NCBI RefSeq assembly: GCF_964355755.1
Contig: NC_092675.1
Location: 18,262,912-18,326,911, forward strand
From: Antedon mediterranea
Taxonomy: Eukaryota > Animalia > Echinodermata
Direction: 5' to 3'
Length of the DNA stretch: 64,000 nucleotides
The notes beneath the pieces were generated by a model. That model did no database searches, was not told the DNA's origin, and saw only the letters and a list, made by a program, of their open reading frames with translations. Shown here one piece after another: positions 26,906 to 41,900 of this stretch. Made by a program: the position numbers and the translations under genes. The stretch's first letter is position 1; each line of letters opens with the position of its first letter.

Positions 26906-29900
26906 ATTTATTTACCTAGGGTAGCCCAAACAGGTAAAAACTGGTTTCCATTGGGGCTCTGCATTTTACGTTATTTGAGGGTAACGTAGCGCCTCTCATT
27001 CCAATTTTAAATTGATTATCTATGTGCAGACATATATAAAAAACAAATGAAACAAAGATCTATTTCTTAAAATATTTAACTATTGAAGCCATTCACACAA
27101 TGTAATTTGTATATATTTTTGTTTGCAATTTTCTACAGGGAGAACCAGGACCACCAGGAGATCAGGTATTATTTCATTCATATTTTGTTTTGTATGTATT
27201 TAAATGATCCATTATGTAGTAATATTCAAAGGAATCATGCCAACAAACTTCCAATTAATAAGCCAAATCTCAATATTTGTATTTGTATATAATAAAATGT
27301 AATTTATTTAAAAAACAAAAAAATACTAACAAACCACATTTCACTTTTTACACAATATTAATATTGTAGACTATCATCTAAATTAACTATAGTTTATCAC
27401 TTAATTCGCTGTACAGTATCTCCAAATATGGAACACATTTTCCAGTATCATATGTAGGTAATACAGTGTTGCATCATATGTGGAGCCTGTATTATGTTAA
27501 AGCCCCCTTCCCTACGTTTTTTAGATCTAATTTAAGATCACAAACTGTATTTAATGTAAAAATAATACTATATGGTCCTATTGCGATAACTTTTTTCGTC
27601 TTTAAACGGTTGAAAATGTGAAAAATAAGTTGATTCTAATAATTATAGCGGCCCGCTATAAATCCCAAAATGCATTGCGCGCGGATTGATATTTTTGTTT
27701 TTCACCTGTAATTCGCCCACTTTTCGATCGATCCTGAGGCCAAAACAAATGGAAGACTCCTAACTTTTCAGCGAAAATACCGGGTTTTCCCCAATTTGTA
27801 TCAACAGAGTCTGGCAAAAATAGAAAGACAATTAATGCAGCAACTATACAACGTCAGGCTAGGTATATAGCTACCGTACGATGTTCGTACGTTATCGATG
27901 TTTACCAGCTAGGCCTACAAAACTAAGCTAGGCTAGGCCTAAGACCGTCCACGAGAGGTCGATCGCCGCGAGCTACTTAGGTAGTGCATTGGTTCTCACT
28001 TTTTATCATAATTTACCATAAAACGTACATTTAAGTCAAGGAATGACATGGTTTAATGTTTTTAAAGTGATAAATATGTATTATTTTCCAAAAAACGTCC
28101 AAAATTGCAGGGAAGGGGTCTTTAAGGTCAAGTTTATGGCCTTTGCCATCACATTTGATACATATGTGACACTGTGTTGCAGAATTTGCATGATTCTGTA
28201 CAAATTATATACAGTACTAAAAATCAGCTAAATATATAGATGTAGTTTCTAACCTTCATTTTCTAATCATTTCATTTATTTTTCCTTTTTCACATTTCTG
28301 TTAATCTCAGCAAATCACTGAATTAATTAGTTTACGCCAGGTAAGTTTACATAACTAAATTTTACCTAAACAATTACTAATACTAGATCAAAGCACTTAA
28401 CATGTAATTTTTGTATTTGTTCACAAAATATGCTGTTTTACGACCATAGACTGGTCACTAGATACGATCCTTGGCACCCAATAGTGTTTGGATTTTTTTT
28501 CTTGTCGGGCGGACAATAAAACAATATCAAATGTAATGCCTAACTAATGTTAATCATAATATAAAAATGCTACAATAGAATTAAGAAATAAATTATACAC
28601 TAATGTAGTAGAACGTCTATTAAGGGGACATTTTCAGGAACCCAACAAACATTTTCAAGGAGTGGGATTGGCAGTAGTGTTAAAACATATATTGCCCATC
28701 ATTTGTTTCTAACGAAGTGTCCTAAATTACAGGTTCTACTGAAATTCTGAATTCATTACACTAATGTACACATACTACACCTGTACTACTATGTAAATAT
28801 ATAAACATTGATGTTAATAGTAAATTGTATTTTGTTGTTGAAGGGTTTACCAGGACCGCCAGGAATACAGGGACAACCTGGATTAAAGGTAAGTACAATT
28901 GGATTAACATTAATAAGTGACAAATCTATGCAAAAAGTAGGATTTATAGGATAACAATTAAAAAGCTATCTATTGGCATAAAATTTAATTTTATAATTTT
29001 GTAAAATATAGAAACAATAAAGAATTTAATGTATTATACTATTTGTATTAAATGAATATAAATGCTAAAATGAAGATGTTAAATAGACAAAATTGATAAA
29101 TCGGCATTGGAGCTTTTATTACGATATAGTCTGTACTGTATTTAAAATTGTTTGATAGATTTAAATGCATGGCAAATTGTTAACACAATTGTATGCTTGC
29201 ATACAGTACCACCCAGCAGTTCAAACACCTTTGTTAAAACCTATTAAATAATATTAATAGTATTTATAATGCTGTGTTGGGTGTTTGAAATTAGCTTAAA
29301 ATATTATATTAGTGACTATATTGTGTTTTACTAAAGCTTGGTAAGTAATTAGGCCTACTGTGCACTGCTGACTTTCTGCACAGCACAGCATACAAACACA
29401 TTTTTTGCTGCTGTCTTTTTTTGTATTAGCCTTGGTGCTCAGCAAAGCAGGTTAGATGCACTTGTGTCAAGAAGCTTGCCTACTTTTGATTTGTGTATAG
29501 GAAATCAAGTTGTATTATTACTAATCACTTGCAGAACTTGAAAAAAATAGAAAGGACTACTGAGTTTCATAATAGGGTACCTCAATGCTATATTGCAGTG
29601 TGTCATACAAACATCCAAAGATATGACAATGGAAATGGTATACTTTGTTGAAGACAATCACAGTGATTATGATGGTAAAGAGAACTATGTGGTGTTGATG
29701 ATGTAGCGTGTGATGATATTAATATGGAAAATAGAATGATGACAGAAGATTGTGAAAGCAGTGGTGATGTAATATCTAGTTTTCTTTGTTAGTCTCTTTT
29801 GCACATCTAGAAATGCTATAAATAGGAAATTAGAATGCTTTGTGCACAATATAGAAGTTAAAAAAATGATAGTGGTGTAGGTAAAACTTGTACTGCTGAC

Positions 29901-32900
29901 AGTCAAGTTTAGAAGTGTGTACAGATGTTATAATGGAACGTAATTGCTGAGTGTGGTCAAAAAGCTGATGTAGTATACAGTATACAAATGTCATTTGACA
30001 TTTCAATATTTATAAAAGAAAAGCAGTTCAATAAACCTATGCCACCAGTAGGATGCTAAGACATTCACATTACCTAAGGCAACCTTATCAAAACAGGTGC
30101 ATATGTAAACCTAATCACAAAATGGACAACTCATTGTTTTCATTAACATCTATCTTTCAAATAACCTTTATTTCAACATTTTAAATAGATTAAATACACA
30201 TTATTTTGCACGCAGCACAATGCACTCACTATATTATACACACAATTGCATTCCAAAAACTCTATGCATGAAAATGTTTTTATTTTCTCATTTCAATTTT
30301 GCCAGAGTTAGACTTATGAATTATTTCTGAAAGAAAATAATTCATAGAAAATGTATTAATTAACAAAACAAAATTATTCTACTATAAAACTATTTTACTT
30401 TAATAAAACAAAACTATTGTTTTCTTTGAAAAGATTATATTTATTTTTAAACTTGTCTATCTAATTGGGCATTGCATAAAATTTGTACCATCTCATTTGA
30501 AAACTTTTGTAGGCTTAAAAAATTGGCATTCTTTCTATATCACTTATGAATTCAAATAAAAAATTGTTTAAACCCTGACTTTATTATTACAATCATGGAT
30601 TTTAATATTCCTTTTAAGGAACTTACATTTTATTTCACCAAATTTATAAGAAAAAATAATAATTAACTATAAAAAACATAAAATAAAATATCTAATTGTT
30701 AAAATATAGGTCTGTCTCTGGCATATAGTATTCATTTTTCATTTTTAACTGCCTTAGGGTCAAAGGGGAGTACCAGGTCGTCCAGGAGGACCAGGTCAAA
30801 TAGGCCGCAGAGGAAGACGGGTATGTCATGTAAAAAAGGGAGGGAAAGATTCATAATATTTTTGTTCATTTTTTTCATTTAATTCATATTCGCTTTGAAT
30901 GAGTGGATTGCAATCTCATATTGACAATCAACACACGCATTGATATTAGAATTCATATTTTGTTGCATTTCATATACATTGATGTACAGTACTATGTTTA
31001 TTCACATAAAGATATACATCTTTGTTATTGTTTAACACAACACATTATCTTATACTATGGTTCTGATCACCTTTTAAACTAAGATTAGGAATAATTAACC
31101 AATATGATTCCTGCTTTAAGGAATGTTCTCCTTCCTTGATATACTGTTTTTTTATGTGTGTGGCTGTTGTCCTATTCTGAAATTGTGTGTGTGTTTTAGA
31201 GTTTTTTGAGTTAAATTATTGTGATGTTTTGATGTAAGAGATAAAATAAGGTACCGGGTGTCGTGTATCGTCGTAGACAAATTAATAAGTACGTTGAGAT
31301 GAGTATAATAATGAACGTATTTAATGAAACCAACTAGTAGTCATGAACAATAGTATAGAACGTTTTGTAGGCTAAACCTCGTCAGAGCATATGCGCAGTA
31401 CGCATATATATATGTGCGCGTGCATATACTACACTCCTCCTTTCTTATTTTAACGTTAACATTATATCAATAAGCACAATAAACTTTCGTTAATTATTTT
31501 GTTAATCAAATAGGTTAATCATCGTGATTAAATTACTGCTTCTATAGTTCCAGATAGTTCTTATTTGGTTCCTCATAATAATTAACAAATGTGAGTAATT
31601 CTCACCATTATAATTTTGTGTAAAAACATGAACAACATAACTTTAACGTTCATAATAATAACATTGTTCACAAGTTCTATATCTCTTCGATAAGTCGTGT
31701 TGGCTTCCTTCGAAGTCGCGTGGAGCGTCGTGGAATAACCTCAGGCGATGAAGACAATCTATGTTCCTCTTCAACCGGTTGGTTGGTGGATGTTTGCTCT
31801 TTGTTCGCAATCGTTTCGCTCGCAATCGTTATTGGTACTGTCTGTTTAATCTTGTGTTCCAACTCGCTATGTGAAGTAGGGGTTTTACTCGCGTAAGCGT
31901 CCGCGTCTGTCGCTTTCAACTGGTCAATGTGTCTTTTCCACACTCGGCCATCCTCAACACTAATTACGTATGATTTTGGTGCGGTACGTTCTATCACGGT
32001 ACCTGGCCACCACTTTCCCTCTTGTCGGAAATCTTTCACTAATACCATTTCACCTGGGTAAAATTCTCGTAGATCTTTCGTTTTGTCGTGATGAAGCTTC
32101 TGATCACTCTGCTTGTTAAGTACCTTGTTTTCTGTACTGGGATGTAAAAGTGATACTCGCGTTCTTAACTCACGGCCCATGAATAACTTCGCTGGCGTTT
32201 GTCCCGTAGTTGCGTGTTTTGTTGTGCGATACGATAAAAGAAATCTGTCCAAACATTGTTGGAAATCCTTCCCATTAGCTCGGCTTGCCGCTAACGATCT
32301 TTTGAAAGATTGAACCATTCGTTCTGCTGCTCCGTTGCTTGCGGCGTGATAAGGTGCAACCTTTACATGTTTCACCCCGTTTTGCTTTAAGAAGAATTCA
32401 AATTCGTCGCTAACAAACTGAGGTCCATTATCGCTTACAAGTTGAACAGGCAATCCGTATCTACTGAACAACTCTCTCATCGCTTTGATGGTCGCTGCAC
32501 TCGTCGTACTGTTCATCTGAACGACTTCTGGCCATTTCGAATATGAGTCAACCACTACTAGATAATCTCGTTTATCTTTCTGCGCATAGTCAATATGTAT
32601 TCGTGTCCAAGGCTGATTTGGCCAGATCCAGGGCATCATTGGTGCTACGCTTGGTCGACTTTGTGTTTGGTGACATGCTTGACATTGCTTCACCAATCGT
32701 TCAATGTCGGAATCTATCTGGGGCCACCAGACATGACTTCGCGCAATCTCTTTCATACGCACGATTCCGGGGTGAGCACAATGAAGCTCCTCCAGAACTG
32801 CCCCTCTGAGTTTCGGTGGAATCACTACCCTGTATCCCCACAGCAAACAGTCCTGTTCTACACTCAATTCGTCTCTTCGGTGTAGGAATGGTTTTAGATC

Positions 32901-35900
32901 GTCGTCGTTTTCTGACTGCCATAAACCTGTCTGTACCATGTATAACACTTTGCTCAATAGCGGGTCTTTCCTGGTATGCTGTTGTACGTTCGTACTCGTG
33001 ACTGGCAAATTGTCTAATGTATGCCCCGCTATGTTATATACTGCATCGTCTTCCCGTCCTTCGTATGGCATTGGGAGACGTGAGAGTGCGTCGGCAATTA
33101 CGTTCTGTTTTCCAGGAATGAACTTTAAATCGTATTCGAACGCTGACAGCACGATTGCCCATCGCTGTAATCTCTGTTCTAAACCTTTGAAGTCCAAACA
33201 TGATGCTTAGGGCTTCCTTGTCTAGTTGTGCATAACCCTTTTCGTGTTTATGCAGGCTTCGCGATGCGTACGCGATCGGTGTTTTGATATTGTTCTCGTT
33301 TACGTGGCAAATGACTGCGCCAACTCCGTATGGTGATGCGTCCGTGTATAGTTCCAGTGGTTTTAATGGGTCATAATGCGTCAACATCATGTCTTCGCTA
33401 ATAATTCGCTTTACCGCGTTAAACGCTTTACTACAGTCGACAGTCCATGACCATGGTTTGCTTCCCAACAGCTCATTCAAAGGATGTATCATCGTCGATA
33501 ATCGTGGAATAAATGACGCGTGATAGTTAACTAGTCCTAGCCAGGATCTTAGTTCTGTTGCATTCTGTGGTGCTCGTGCATCCTTGATGGCTTTCACTTT
33601 ATCGTTTGTCGGTTGAATTCCTGCTGCTGATAGCTTACGTCCCATGTAGACTACTTCCTTTTGTACAAACGCGCATTTCTCAGCTTTCACTCTGAGACCA
33701 TACTTGTTAAATCTCTCAAATAGTTTCTCAAGATTACTAATATGCTCTTTATCAGACGCACCTGTAACAAGAACATCGTCCATGATCGCACATGTTCCTT
33801 TAAGTCCTGCTATCACCTGTTCTATGAATCGCTGCCATATGGCTGGACTGGACGAAATACCAAACGGTAACCTCGTGTATCGATATAATCCGCGATGCGT
33901 GTTGATCGTTACCAACTCTTGCGCCTCGTCTTCCAGTACTAACTGCTGGTACGCACATTTCAAATCAATCTTAGAGAATCGCTTTCCACCTCCCAACTTG
34001 GTGAAAACTTCCTCTGGGGTCGGAATTGGATATTGGTCGCAATTTAAACTCGGGTTGACTGTTACTTTATAATCTCCGCAGACACGTACCCTGCCATCGG
34101 CCTTTGGAATACATACCAATGGGGTTGCCCACTGACTAAAGTCTACCGGATAAATAACTCCTTCGTTTTGCATTCTGTCTAACTCTACCTCAACTGCGGA
34201 GCGTAGCGCAAATGGAACATTTCGAGCTTTGCAGAATTTTGGGATTGCGTTCACTTTTAGATGTAATGTCGCTTTGTGTCCCTGAACCGTACCTAATTCC
34301 GTTCGGAAAACTTCTGGGAACTTCCGTTTGAATGACTGACCGACATCGTTATCTATTTCTACCGAATTCTGAGCAAGCGATGGTGGAAATAATGACTTCC
34401 AGTCCAACTTAATCACTTCTAACCAGGTTCTTCCAAGCAAGGGTGGTGAGTTTCGTCGCTGTGTTCTCACTACTATCAGTGGGAGAACGTTACTCTGGCC
34501 CCTATAGTTCACGGTGACTTTAATTTCTCCTGCTATATCGAGCTTAGTACCTGTGTATGCGTGAAGTGTACGTTTTACTGACTTTAATGGTAGATGGCTA
34601 AGCTTGCTTTCGTAATCGTCAAAGCTAATTATCGATACTGCTGCGCCCGTATCTACTTCAAAATCAATATCTATATCATCAACTCGCATCTGTACCGTTA
34701 TTGGTGGTACCGAATTGTCCTGCTTAATGCCTACGCAAAACATTGTATCTACAAAATCGTCATTACCTTCGTCGTAATCCGGTGCTTCTACTTGCTTGAT
34801 GGATTTAGGTTTATATTGTTTTGTTGATTTACTCGACTGCCTGCATTCTGATTTTAGGTGTCCTTGTTTGTTGCATTTAAAGCATGTAGCGTTTTTGTAT
34901 TTACACGTATCTCTTGTATGATTGTTCATACCACAGCGGTCACATTTCTGCGTTCGTGTTTGTTTTGACGCTTGATACGTTTTCGTAGACTTCCTGCTGT
35001 TAGACGTAACGTGGTTGATTGGCTTGTCCACATCGTGCGACATACTTTTCATATTCGCTGTTGCTGCCTCCGAGGCTATGGCTATGTCTGTTGCTTCCTT
35101 GAACGTATGGTTCTTTGTCAATAATTTCTTTTGGATGCTCTGACTTATTAGTCCACATACGAACTGATCACGCAGTGCGTTTTCCAATGCCTCTCCTTCA
35201 AAACCACAATGTATCGCCTTTTTCTTTAGATGGGATACAAATTGAGAAATAGTCTGTCCCGGTGTCTGTTTTACATTTCTGAATATAAATCGTTCAGAAA
35301 TCGTTATTCGAGTAGGTTTGTAATGCTCTTTGAGCTTGGTTGTGAGCGTATCGTACGATTTTGTACTTGGTTTATCAGGAAAACACAAATCTCGTATCGT
35401 TGTGTATCCAGTCTCTCCTAAACTACTCAATAATATCGCTCTTTTCTTACCTCCGTCATTGATATCTAATGCCACAAAATATTGTTCCAGCCTGTCCACA
35501 TACGTATCTATGTCTCCATCCTGGACGTTGAATTCCTCGAATAGAATTCTGGTATTAGCCGCTGCCATTACCGCGCTTCGCTCTGTACGTTCAGGGCGCT
35601 CAGAATCGTTATTAGCCTGTGCGGTTCCTTGGTTACGGTTGCCGTTGTTGGAAAATCAAAAACTGCTAGCCTAGGCTTTAGTTTTATAATATTATTATAC
35701 TAACTTCCGTTTCTCTCTATGTAAATGTGCCTGTATCCTCGTCGCCAGTGTCGTGTATCGTCGTAGACAAATTAATAAGTACGTTGAGATGAGTATAATA
35801 ATGAACGTATTTAATGAAACCAACTAGTAGTCATGAACAATAGTATAGAACGTTTTGTAGGCTAAACCTCGTCAGAGCATATGCGCAGTACGCATATATA

Positions 35901-38900
35901 TATGTGCGCGTGCATATACTACACTGAAAGTGGTGGCCATCAAGGATGCACGAGCACCACAGAATGCAACAGAACTAAGATCCTGGCTAGGACTAGTTAA
36001 CTATCACGCGTCATTTATTCCACGATTATCGACGATGATACATCCTTTGAATGAAACCAACTAGTAGTCATGAACAATAGTATAGAACGTTTTGTAGGCT
36101 AAACCTCGTCAGAGCATATGCGCAGTACGCATATATATATGTGCGCGTGCATATACTACACTGGGAGTAGTGATTATATAAAGAATGATTTATCGTATAT
36201 TAAAACGGTTTCTGTAGTCATACAGCTCAAAATAAATCATTTAGCAAAACTTAATTTTGTTTAAATTAAGTCAGTTTCAAAATGCTCTGAGAAAAAAGAA
36301 GTGCTTGATAAATAAAGCTAAAGTTTTTCTGAACTATCTTGACTTAAGCAGAAAGTAAATGCCAACTCAGATGCTGTTAGTTCTGATCATTTTGTCATAA
36401 TAGATATTTTCTGGTTTAGATTTCTGTATATATTTAAAAAGTGTATGATATGGATTTAAATTTACTAGAAAAAAGTTATATTATTTAAAAGTTTGAATCA
36501 AAATTTATCAAAATGTTTGTCCAATTTGTATAGGGTGATAAAGGTGAACAAGGCATACAGGGTGAATCTGGACCAGAAGGCAGACCAGGTGTAGTTGGTC
36601 CACCTGGAATGGGGTTGAAGGGTCAACAAGGAGATAGAGTAAGTTGGATTTCTTCATAGCAATTTATTTCTAAATTTATTATTTATCAACAATCAGTTTT
36701 GGTAGATTTACATGTTTTTATTTCTATTTGAAGGGATTACCAGGTGACATGGGAGTTCCAGGACAAGCAGGACAACAGGTGAGATTTTAATTATGTAAAA
36801 TATTTCCAATTAAATATTCAAATTATTCAGCTTGTTTTTATGTTAAAAATCAAAACGGGAAATCAAATTTACATAAGACCTACTAATTAAAAGTAATTTA
36901 AATGTATTCTTATTTTTTTAGGGTGAAAAGGGTGAAGTTGGACCAAAGGGTTTTACAGTAAGTATATGACTTTTTTTACTGCTTCAGTTATTTTCACTCC
37001 TTTAGTTTTTTCACTCCTTTCTTTTAAGTCTAATTAGTATCTGTAGTATAAACATACCAACACACATTCATAGTGTGGGTATAGATCAGAAGGTCTTTTA
37101 CTGCAGTAATTGCATACCAACATGCATCAATAGTCCATGTTAGTGTGGGTATAGATCAGAAGGTCTTTTACTGCAGTAATTGCATACCAACACGCATCAA
37201 TAGTCCATGTTAGTGTGGGTATAGACAAGAAGGTCTGTTGCTGCAGTAATTACATACCAACACGCATCTATAGTCCATTTTAGTGTGGGTATAGACAAGA
37301 AGGTCTGTTGCTGCAGTACTTACATACCAACACGCATCAATAGTCCATTTTAGTGTGGGTATAGACAAGGAGGTCTGTTGCTGCAGTAATTACATACCAA
37401 CACGCATCAATAGTCCATTTTAGTGTGGGTATAGACAAGGAGGTCTGTTGCTGCAGTAATTACATACCAACACGCATCAATAGTCCATTTTAGTGTGGGT
37501 ATAGACAAGGAGGTCTGTTGCTGCAGTGATACCTTGTGCATGTAGTAGAATTCAGTGACAATCATGTGCAGCACTGCATTTTGCTCATTACTGTATTCCA
37601 ATTACACCACACCTGAGAAGAATGCTGTGCACAAATGCATGCCTAGTCACAATGTTAGGCAATCTAGTTTACGTGTAAACTCGCCTTGAATCACCTTACT
37701 TATCAAAGTAGTGTTCACATACAACAAAACGTCATCTGCGATGAAAAACTCAATTTTAAATTTATTATTTATATGTACTGCTCTAAAATATAAACAGCAG
37801 AAAACATTTATAACAAGTGGTCATATGATATATACTGTTATTTCTTAATAAAGATTACCTTATTTGGTTTAGAATTACCTTATTTGATCCAATTTAGCCA
37901 TGATACCAGTTTCAATTATCATTTTCAAAACAAATTATTGAAGAATACCATTTGTATTTGTTTCATCACATGAATTGCTACATGGAAACTGCTTTAAAAC
38001 CAATATTTGAGAATGAGACCGAAATTGATTGGAGTTTTAAAACCATGTATAAAAATCGGTTCTTATGTGGACCAGTTCTGCTGGCAAAATGAAAATACCT
38101 TTCAAAATACGGTATTTAAATCCGATTCTGTATTCTTTTTGCTCAGCAGAAACAGGCCTTAAAGCTCTGTCTACACTATCAAACTTTATGTGACAACAAA
38201 ATGTGATGTGCCCAAATATGGATATGATGATGTCCTATCAATACCATATTTGGGCACATCACACTTGTTTTGATAGTGTAGACAGAGCTTTATAGTTTAT
38301 ATGAGACAATAGACATAGATTTGTGCATGTTGCAGTTTCTATTTTTCACCACTTTGCTTGTTGTGTTCACCTTCTTTTAGGGAGAAATAGTGACGTCAAT
38401 GGGCAAGGAAGTAAGTCATTTTACTAGATCTCTTTATATCTTTTCTTTATGTTATTGTGGTTCTTTCACTATTGTTTTCTGTGAAATACACTTTTATAAA
38501 TTGTTACCTTATGTTTGCTATACTTGAACAACTTTTTGCCCGTTTTTACTAAAAATAAATATTACTGGTTAATGATGTTTATCCATTCATCATGATTTAT
38601 TATAAAATAGTTGTTTTAGCATGTCTTAATTTGAAATTTAATCAATAATAATATACTGTATATATTTAATGATAATTTTTAAGATTAATTTTTTATGGCA
38701 GTATCATTCAACTATTCAGATAATTAATTGTGGCTATCAAGTGTGGTGTTTTTTTAAAAGAATTATAGATAGTAATATGGACCTACCATTAATAGTAGCA
38801 AAACATTAGTTAGCCTTTCAACCTCAGTAGTTCCATAATTGCATATCTACCCCTGTATTAAAGAAAGTAAAGGCCTTTTGATGCATAGTTGCGTATACAA

Positions 38901-41900
38901 ATTCATAGGGCTTTACAAGTTCATTAGAGCCTTCCAATCAGTGATGTAGCCACAAGAAATAAAGTGGTCCGGTTTTCGCAAGAAAAGGAAACAATCTCTC
39001 TTCAAGCCACTGGGTTGTCAAAGGCCTCTGTGAAAAGTGGCCAGGTTGAAACTTTACCAACCATACTGGTGGCTATAGCCCTGTCAATCGGTCTTCCAAT
39101 AGGTAGCTTTTTGATCCAATAGCATCATCCCTGAGGGATGTTAAATGACAGTAGGGGGAACTTTTTAGATAAAATAAAATATTGGTAGGACTTTATAGTT
39201 TATTTGTGATTTACAGTAGCTTTCATTTACAACAATGTTATGCTATATAAAATTGTTATATAGAAATGTTACTGCATTTTGCTCACAAAGCATGTTTTAG
39301 TTTGAGCAGTTATGATGCAATGGCTCTGCACACTACACTTGCACCAGTATACATCCAATTTTTTATTTTAAAAATGCCTTTACAAATTTTAATCGTATTT
39401 ATTTAATAAGTGGATTTATTAATTAATTGGAAATATTTTGTATTTGTTAAACAGATACCTGGTCCAAGAGGCCCACCTGGCATACCTGTGAGTATTATTT
39501 CATTTAAATTAATTAATATATATATTATTATTACTATCTACACCCTCTATTCACCACGCCTTATGCCTCTAATGTTTTATTTCTTTTATTCCTGTCCACT
39601 CAGGCAGCGCTTGCCTGATATCTATCTATCTTTGTCCAAGTACCTTCACTTGCACTAATGAAGGACTAGTGTTGCCCGAAAGCTCTGGTAACTTTTCTGG
39701 CTGTTTTACTTTATCGTTTGATTTAGCTTTTCGCTTTTTTTGTATCTCCATTGAGATCCAGCCACTGATACCCACAACATTGTTATTTTTTCACTATTTT
39801 GCCTTTGGATTTATATATATATTATTAAATACAATTTACAATTTACAAATTAATTTACATTTTATTTCTTTATAATCTAATATATTGTAACAAGGATATT
39901 TTAAACAAAAACATAATATTTTGCATTGTTTTGTTTATCTAGGGTCCACCAGGTCCCAAGGGAGATGCAGGAAGCCAAGGCCTTATTGGTCCTCAGGTGA
40001 GAAAGATTACTGTATAATGATAATGTATGATAATAAATAATAATATCTTAGATTTATAAAGCGCCTAATGTGTGAAACCTCTATAAGTGCTGTACATATT
40101 ATTACCCCGGTCATTTTTGATCAAGTGATAGAGATATCAATTCCTTTGCTCTTCTATACTTACTAACAATCTAAAAGATAATCATTGAAAATGAATTATA
40201 GTATCTTTTACATAAACATTATGTTGACTTTATTTTGTTTGTGTTTAGGGGTATGGAGTAAAAGGTGACAAGGGTGACATTGGTCCACAAGGGTATAAGG
40301 TAAAGTCAATTATTTTGTTTTCCTCTTTAATTCACCATTCTTTAATATAATTGATTGATTTGATTCTACAACCACATTTCTCACATGCAGTAGAGTAAAT
40401 GGTTAACAAAATGACTCTTTGTTCCAACAGGGTCAGATTGGAGTCCGTGGACTTACAGGTATTCAGGGCAAAGACGGAGAACTAGGAAAACCGGTAATTA
40501 ACATGGATTGACATTATGTTTTTGGGCTGTAGCTAAAATAAAAAAAATTAATTTTTAAAAGTTATATTGTCCAAGATTAATACAGAGAGAATAAAATACT
40601 ACATATTGCCCAGTGTCTATATTCACCATTCACACTTAGGCTAAAGAAAACATGTGCCGTTAACATTTAAACATTCTCCTATTTAAATGAGTAGCACTTA
40701 AATGAAATCGATAAATATTTATTGACTTAAGTGAAATATTTAAGGGAATTTTAGGTGTTTATGCTATATTGTTTGCATAAGAAATGTTCACCATGTGAGA
40801 TTAGAGTGAATTCTTCCAATCAAAGAAAAGATATTTTATTCACGTTACTTGTATCTTTAGGGTGTACCAGGACCAAGGGGTCCTGAAGGACCACCTGGAA
40901 TGGACGGAATCCAGGGTGAAAAAGGAATGAAAGTAAGTTTGTTTATTAAAATTCAATTCAATAATTCAAACATTTAAGTAAATCTGTCTCACTACTACAC
41001 ATTCACTTTGTTGTTTTTCTGATACACCAATATTTCAACAGTTTCAACTTAACTGAGTGATCAATAATTTGTAATGGTTGATTAATAATTTACCTTCTTA
41101 GTAAGATAAATAAATAACTTAACTACAGTAGCATTTAGTGCATTGCCAAAAGAACAGTTATTATGTTGAAAAAGTTTCAAGCTAAAAGGAAAAAGAATGT
41201 AGCAATATTGAGGGCAGTCATATAATATCTTCAGTATTTTAAAAATGGGTATAATTTACTTTATTCCAACAGGGGGGAGAAGGCTTTGTGGGGAAACCGG
41301 TAAGCACTTTACTACATTTACATGCTAACAAACAAAATATAATATTATTAGTGCATGTGAGATGTATTACTTAACTAAAAACTATTGTTTAGTATCTATT
41401 ATTATAACTAAACTTAAAATATTGTAAATATTGAACTAACAATTATATCTTACAGTTTTATATAGATATGAATAAAATAATATAAATCTCATAGTTTTGC
41501 TTACTATAATAATACTGTAATAATAATATTGTAATATTAAAAGCATAGTAAACAATGTGTATGACTGAATGATTTTCAAGATTTCTTGAATAATTATGTT
41601 AAACATTACTGAGAATAGAGAGGTTTCGCAATCTTACGAATACGATAACGAAAACGGATACGTCATGCACTCGTATTCGTTTTCGTAAGCCATAAAAAAA
41701 TCTGTTTCGCATGGCAACGAAATATCGAGGCACGTCCAAAATATGACTGCGGTAAATTTGAGCGAAGCGCAGGTACGTGTTGCTTGGTGCTTGGCTGCCT
41801 AGGGTAACATCAAAGCTAGTGAGGACTTTAAAAACTGCTATTTATCTAAATTGACCTGGCATTTTAGTAAATTACTTTAGTAAATTACTTTCAATAAATC

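Larger units (their letters stand above)
31259..36160 (-). mobile_element. Ty3/Gypsy (Mag-like) LTR retrotransposon in collagen intron
   Basis: Identical 175-bp TG..CA LTRs at 31259-31433 and 35749-35923. PBS tggcgacgaggat (35747-35735) is complementary to the tRNA-Ser(GCT) 3' end; PPT aagaaaggaggag (31446-31434); TSD ccggg/ctggg; extra partial LTR at 36050-36160. Confidence 0.96.

Noticed and set aside
29520-30000. Purine-rich coding-like stretch
   Set aside because: Multiple stops, no usable splice pair, no recognisable domain.
32113-35674. Plus-strand ORFs within the Gypsy element
   Set aside because: Antisense shadows of gag-pol with no independent motifs.
37052-37527. Regular repeat array as a CRISPR
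   Set aside because: Whole 70-bp units repeat with no unique spacers, in a eukaryotic intron with no cas genes; it is a minisatellite.
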